NCBI GenBank assembly: GCA_965116795.1
Contig: OZ220716.1
Location: 906,503-970,502 of the forward strand
DNA: 64,000 nucleotides
Source: Gammaproteobacteria bacterium
GTDB lineage: Bacteria; Pseudomonadota; Gammaproteobacteria; JAJFKG01
Direction of reading: 5' to 3'
The notes beneath the pieces are model-generated. The model was not told the origin of the DNA. It saw only the letters and a program-made list of their open reading frames with translations, and searched no databases. Positions 58,771-64,000 of the stretch are shown here, in pieces (position 1 is the stretch's first letter; every line of letters starts with the position of its first letter). Position numbers and translations under genes: made by a program.

Positions 58771-60863
58771 CAACGACGATATCTCACGACTTAACCCACA
58801 TCAGTGTTAGTACCTTGCGTGGTGTTGGTAAACAAACGATAACCCGTTTACAACAAGCTGGATTGCATACATTATTAGATTTAATCTTACATTTACCAAT
58901 GCGTTACCAAGATCGCACCCGAGTTATTCCGATTGCTGAGTTGATTCCAGGACAATTTGCTGTGATCGAAGGCCGTGTATTGTCAGTGCGTCGCACCTTT
59001 GGCAAGAAGCCCAGTTGGCATTGCCAAATTGAAGATGAAACCGACAAGGTGACTGCCATTTTTTTTCATTTGCATTCAGGATTAACTCAGCAATTAACTA
59101 ACGGTGCCTTGATACGTTGCTATGCAGATGTTGCTCAAGATAAACATAAACAAGCGTGTATTTTATTACACCCTGCCTGTGATATTGCTACCGATCAATT
59201 GCCACCGTTAGCCACTGAGTTAACTCCAATCTATCCGCTTACTGAAGGATTAGGTCAAACACGCTTGCGTGGTTTTATTCAACAGGCAATCACGATATTA
59301 AAGTCGAGTCATGAACATGCACTGGAATTATTGCCAGATGAATTACGTCAACAATATCAATGGCCAGACTTTGTGACAGCGATTAACGCGTTACATCAAC
59401 CATCAGTTGATGATGATATTCAAGCGATTTTAAATAACCAACATCCAGCGCAGCAACGATTAATTGTCGAAGAGTTATTAGCTTATCAATTACGATTGCG
59501 CGCCTATCGATTACGAATTCGTCAAGCAGCCAGCTATGTGTTAAATGACGATCAAACGGTATTAAAGCGTTTCATTAAAACATTGCCCTTTGCGTTAACC
59601 GAACCACAACAACATGCTATTGATGCAATTGTTGCTGATATTACTAGCAAAACTCCGATGATGCGTTTGCTACAAGGTGATGTTGGTTCAGGTAAAACCA
59701 TTGTGGCCGCGTGTGGATTATTGCAAACGGCAATCAGTGGTTATCAAGCAGCATTAATGGCACCAACTGAGTTATTAGCTGAGCAATTGTATCAGCAATG
59801 TTATGCATGGTTTTCACCATTGAATATCAATGTGGTGTGTTTAACTGGAAAACTAACCACACAATCACGTAATCAAGTGTTAGCCTCTATTGCAGAAGGC
59901 AGTGCTCAAATTATTGTGGGAACACATGCCCTGTTTCAACAACAAGTCACCTTTGCCAAATTGGCGTTTATTTGCATTGATGAACAACATCGTTTTGGGG
60001 TGAAGCAACGATTAGCCTTATATGACAAAGGCAAAACGGGACACGTTAAACCACATCAATTAGTGATGAGTGCTACACCCATACCGCGTACATTAGCCAT
60101 GCTGCATTATGCTGATTTAGATTGTTCGATTTTAGATGCATTGCCACCGGCACGATTGCCAATTAAAACCCTTGTTTTAGCAAATACACGTCGTGATGAA
60201 GTCATTCAACGTGTTAACAAATTGTGTGCACAAGGCCAACAAGTGTATTGGGTGTGTCCATTGATTGATGAATCAGAGACATTGCAATGTGAGACCGTTG
60301 ATATGATTGCCAACACATTGCAAACACAATTACCAGCATTGCGTGTTGCGGTTGTTCATGGTCGTATTGATAATGATGAAAAATCTCAAATCATGTATGC
60401 CTTTCAGCAAGGTGATATCGATATTTTAGTGGCAACAACGGTGATTGAAGTGGGTGTCAATGTACCCAATGCCACATTAATGGTGATTGAAAATGCTGAA
60501 CGCATGGGGTTAGCCCAATTACATCAATTACGTGGGCGTGTTGGTCGCGGTAGTCAACAAAGTTTTTGTATATTGCTATATCAAACACCGTTAACTGAAC
60601 AGGCTAAACACCGTTTACAAACAGTGCGTGATAGTCAGGATGGATTTTATCTAGCAGAACAAGATTTGCAATTGCGTGGTAGTGGTGATGTATTGGGAAC
60701 CCGACAAACTGGCATGATGGCATGGCGTATTGCACTGTTGCCACGTGATCAACAGTGGTTACCAATGGTAATAACGCAAGCAGATTATTTGTTAGAACAA
60801 AATCATTGCGTTGCAAGACGCTTGCAACAACGATGGTTATCTAAAAAAGATTTACGAACTTAA
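58767..60863 (+). CDS. recG: ATP-dependent DNA helicase RecG
   Basis: QGDVGSGKT, DEQHRFG, MSATPIPR, HQLRGRVGRG, DLQLRGSG. Confidence 0.97.
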   Translation: MTTTISHDLTHISVSTLRGVGKQTITRLQQAGLHTLLDLILHLPMRYQDRTRVIPIAELIPGQFAVIEGRVLSVRRTFGKKPSWHCQIEDETDKVTAIFFHLHSGLTQQLTNGALIRCYADVAQDKHKQACILLHPACDIATDQLPPLATELTPIYPLTEGLGQTRLRGFIQQAITILKSSHEHALELLPDELRQQYQWPDFVTAINALHQPSVDDDIQAILNNQHPAQQRLIVEELLAYQLRLRAYRLRIRQAASYVLNDDQTVLKRFIKTLPFALTEPQQHAIDAIVADITSKTPMMRLLQGDVGSGKTIVAACGLLQTAISGYQAALMAPTELLAEQLYQQCYAWFSPLNINVVCLTGKLTTQSRNQVLASIAEGSAQIIVGTHALFQQQVTFAKLAFICIDEQHRFGVKQRLALYDKGKTGHVKPHQLVMSATPIPRTLAMLHYADLDCSILDALPPARLPIKTLVLANTRRDEVIQRVNKLCAQGQQVYWVCPLIDESETLQCETVDMIANTLQTQLPALRVAVVHGRIDNDEKSQIMYAFQQGDIDILVATTVIEVGVNVPNATLMVIENAERMGLAQLHQLRGRVGRGSQQSFCILLYQTPLTEQAKHRLQTVRDSQDGFYLAEQDLQLRGSGDVLGTRQTGMMAWRIALLPRDQQWLPMVITQADYLLEQNHCVARRLQQRWLSKKDLRT

Positions 60864-60979
60864 ATGAGGTAAATTTCTTGTTTGCAAATAAAAATTGAAA
60901 ATGTTTTAATTGCCATGCTTTTATAAAGCTGATAAATAAAAATGAATAATTATTAATAATGTGCAAGGAGAGGACGATT

Positions 60980-63900
60980 ATGCCAGCAGATCAAAAAGGA
61001 AAAAAAAGCAAAAGACAAATAACTTCAGATCGCCATTACCTAGATAAACTACATAAGGAAGCAGCGGCAGCAGGAGAAAAACTGTCTTGTGGCATTGGCC
61101 ACGATAGTGTGAAATTACTTTATTCGCCTGAAGCGTATTTCTATTTCTTCTCGCGTTTAACAGGTAGTCATGCTGCAGCATTGATAGCTTGTACCATGCT
61201 CGGCTTTGTAGGATTTGCCGCAGCGGAAAGTAATTCACGCTCACAGTCGGACTCTTCAGATTTAGGGCCACATTCGCACTCTTCGAGATCATCAAGTACG
61301 GTGGCGGCTGGTCAGGCATTAGTAGTTGAATTTGATCAATCACGGAGTAATCAACAGCAAGAATGTTTTCCTGAAGATAAGTTAAAAGAATCAGAGCTAC
61401 CATCGTTTGCAGATACTTTAGTTGTGTTGACTAGGACAGAACAGTTCTCAAAAGTTAAAGCTGCTACAGCAGATCAAATCATTTCACTCGGACTTGAGTT
61501 TTTACGTGCATTACAAACCGATCTTAATACTGTTTATGGTGAACTGTCAGTAGCTAATGAATTGCGTGAGAAAGCAATCATATTGTTAGAAAATGCTAAA
61601 CAGGAACAAGGTGATACACAAGCTCGTTTGCATAAATTAGCGTTTACTTTATTTAAGCTAGCAGCAGAGCTTGGCCATCCAGTAGCAGAGATTGATGTTG
61701 CATGGTGCCATAGAAATGGTATTTATGTTCAACGTGATCTCAGTGAAGCATTTAAGCATTATGAAAAAATTTCACAAGATCTAACGTCATCAATGCGGTC
61801 GCGTGCATTAGCATTTATGGCAAATGCTTATCAGAATGAAGAGGGAGTTAGTAGGGACTTCCAACAATCACACCAATTGTGGAAACAAGCAAACGATTTA
61901 GGGGATGATTGGGCAAAACAGGTACTCGATGAACAAAAGCCACTGTGGGATTCAGTCTCAATATTAGCGAAATTACAAGATGACAGCACATTAATGACCA
62001 CACTTTCTTCGCTGGAAGATGAGATGTTAGTGCAAGTTCAGCAACAGCTATCTACTAAAAATGTTCCATTGCCAATTGCTGATATATTACGTGAGAAAGC
62101 GGTTTTTATATTGCAACAAAACAAAGAGCCTGTTGAGGAACAGTCACAAACAGAAGCATCATTGCAAGATACAACTTGGTTATCATCAATGGTAGGTAGT
62201 ATGACATCATATTGGCAAGCAGTGGAAGATGTTATACCTAACTTATCGGTGAGTGATGCCTTCGTTTTGTTGCAAAGAGCAGAAGCACTTGGGCATCCTG
62301 AAGCACCTTCAGACATTGCATGGTGCTATGCTAATAGTAAGGGTGTAGAACGAGATTTAGTAGCAGCATTTAAAAAAAATCAAGCGATTGCAGAAAATAA
62401 AGCGTTTTCTAAAACTGGACGTGCGTTGGCATTAGCAAAGTTAGCACGAGCTTATCAAGAAGGTGAAGGCACGACAGTTGATTTAGCCAAAGCGCGTGAA
62501 TTATGGCAGCGAGCGGCTAATTTAGGTAATGAGTGGGCACAGGGTGTTGTGAAGAATAAACAAGTAGAATGGGAGCATGCTGATTCAGCAAAAAATGTCT
62601 TTGACATGATCAACGATCCAACAACACCAATATCAGTATTATTATCAATAACCGATGATAAACTCGTGGAGCTACAACAAACATTGGCAACATCAGAAAT
62701 ACCATTGCCTGGTGCTGATGCATTAAGAGAAAGAGCAATACCTTTATTAAAAAAATTAGCGGATCCAAGTGCAGTACAGTTGCAACAGCAACGGCATGCT
62801 TTTCGGTTATTGAAACGAGCAGCTAAACTAGGTCATCCAAAAGTACCCTTAGATATTGCTTGGTGTCATCAAGAAGGTATAGGCACTGATCAAGATGATG
62901 TCGCTGCTGTTGTTGTCTATCAGGCTACTTTTGATCAAGAGAATTTACCAAAAGAAACACGCGCACTTGCGTTAGCGAAAGTGGCAAATGCTTATTCTCT
63001 TGGCAAAGGGGTTGATGAAAAAGATTGGCATAAGGCACGTGATTTATTTCAACAAGCTGCCAAGATGGGTGCCCCATGGGCACAAGAGATGGTTACATTT
63101 CATCAACCGTACTGGGATCTCTTTGATAAGATCACTGATGCAGATACTACAGTAGAAGCATTAATATCGGTTGATATTAATGAACTTGTGGCATTGCAAG
63201 GAGATATGGGTACGCAAGAAGTAGCAGCAATATTACGTGATAGAGTGACTGCATTTGTTAGACAGCAACCATACTCTTATCAAAATTCACAGTCAAAAAA
63301 AGAAGCTTTTTTATCGGCTTTTTTGATGGAACCTAAGCAACTAGTACCTGAATCATTGCGGTTATGTGGGAGGGCTGCAATACTGGGTGATGATGTTGCC
63401 AACTTTTTTGTGGATCAGTATAGCTATAAATTTTATGCATCTCACAATGACGAGAATAAGACGTTTCATGAAAGTCGAGCTAAATTAATTAGAGTTCTGC
63501 ATGACGAAGAGCAACCAACATTCATGCGTGAAGCAACTGCTGTCACATTAGTGAGTGAGTACTATGATAAGCTTAGAGAAATGGTAAATGAGGCTACGTT
63601 GGATGAGTTAGTAGTTTATGATGTACAAGAACTGCTTACTATGCAAGCGTGTCTGCAGATGTTTCAAAAAAAATCAACGGTTGAACTCCTTTTGCAATAT
63701 GAAGCAATATTGCATCCAGGCGATGCACACTATTTAGCTAACATGGAACAGTTTTTTTCAAAGCATTCAGTATTTAAAAGCAAATGGCCGGTTGCAGCTA
63801 TTCTTTCGAAGCAAGTCAATCTTTTGCTGCAAATTATGAATATAGTTGCTGATGAAGAACGGCAGGCAATATTTGCATTGGTAGAAGAATTGCAAAAAAA

Positions 63901-64000
63901 AGTGGCCATATTAGAAGGGCGTGATCTTGAGCAAGAAACATATGTGGTGGCATATAGCGGCACTAGTATTGATGATAAACAGGCAATTTTTCCTGAACTT
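60980..64000 (+). CDS. Large Sel1-like-repeat protein (at least 1007 aa, 3' truncated), not in ORF track
   Basis: AAGGAGAGGA RBS and ATG at 60980; read by hand, open to 64000; three modules with AAxLGHP...DIAWC...G...RALA...AY..G.G...A..LG..WA. Confidence 0.85.
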   Translation, partial: MPADQKGKKSKRQITSDRHYLDKLHKEAAAAGEKLSCGIGHDSVKLLYSPEAYFYFFSRLTGSHAAALIACTMLGFVGFAAAESNSRSQSDSSDLGPHSHSSRSSSTVAAGQALVVEFDQSRSNQQQECFPEDKLKESELPSFADTLVVLTRTEQFSKVKAATADQIISLGLEFLRALQTDLNTVYGELSVANELREKAIILLENAKQEQGDTQARLHKLAFTLFKLAAELGHPVAEIDVAWCHRNGIYVQRDLSEAFKHYEKISQDLTSSMRSRALAFMANAYQNEEGVSRDFQQSHQLWKQANDLGDDWAKQVLDEQKPLWDSVSILAKLQDDSTLMTTLSSLEDEMLVQVQQQLSTKNVPLPIADILREKAVFILQQNKEPVEEQSQTEASLQDTTWLSSMVGSMTSYWQAVEDVIPNLSVSDAFVLLQRAEALGHPEAPSDIAWCYANSKGVERDLVAAFKKNQAIAENKAFSKTGRALALAKLARAYQEGEGTTVDLAKARELWQRAANLGNEWAQGVVKNKQVEWEHADSAKNVFDMINDPTTPISVLLSITDDKLVELQQTLATSEIPLPGADALRERAIPLLKKLADPSAVQLQQQRHAFRLLKRAAKLGHPKVPLDIAWCHQEGIGTDQDDVAAVVVYQATFDQENLPKETRALALAKVANAYSLGKGVDEKDWHKARDLFQQAAKMGAPWAQEMVTFHQPYWDLFDKITDADTTVEALISVDINELVALQGDMGTQEVAAILRDRVTAFVRQQPYSYQNSQSKKEAFLSAFLMEPKQLVPESLRLCGRAAILGDDVANFFVDQYSYKFYASHNDENKTFHESRAKLIRVLHDEEQPTFMREATAVTLVSEYYDKLREMVNEATLDELVVYDVQELLTMQACLQMFQKKSTVELLLQYEAILHPGDAHYLANMEQFFSKHSVFKSKWPVAAILSKQVNLLLQIMNIVADEERQAIFALVEELQKKVAILEGRDLEQETYVVAYSGTSIDDKQAIFPEL

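Noticed and set aside
60978-63963. Minus-strand ORFs at 60978-61403, 62038-62316, 63730-63963
   Set aside because: Antisense to the long Sel1-repeat frame.

Overview
AT-rich gammaproteobacterial chromosome segment. The T. ferrooxidans-type gshA, the efp/epmA/epmB cluster and a large Sel1-repeat protein would fit a Legionellales/Coxiellaceae-like lineage, but that placement is inference. Most of the window is housekeeping: speA, waaF, glnE, recJ, thrC/hom/alaC, ffh-rpsP-rimM-trmD-rplS, epmB-efp-epmA, gshAB, aroK, rdgC, hemF-tsaC-topA-smg-dprA-lysM, fmt-rsmB, lptM-lysA-recG. Accessory or unusual content: (i) an aromatic amino acid hydroxylase of the eukaryote-like type inserted between hom and thrC, behind a GC-rich structured leader; (ii) a 3020-aa RTX/cadherin-like/FG-GAP surface protein that looks like two fused T1SS substrates; (iii) a >1000-aa Sel1 super-repeat ORF missing from the ORF track (runs off the end); (iv) a complete IS982 plus two homologous IS982-type MITEs, each carrying a palindromic REP-like unit that also occurs free, plus a TA-flanked MITE and an ERIC-like element; (v) dprA frameshifted by a perfect 238-bp tandem duplication; (vi) an IhfB paralog behind a GGA-rich leader; (vii) def absent from its usual place before fmt. 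I found no tRNA, rRNA or CRISPR array. All calls are by eye; no searches were run.
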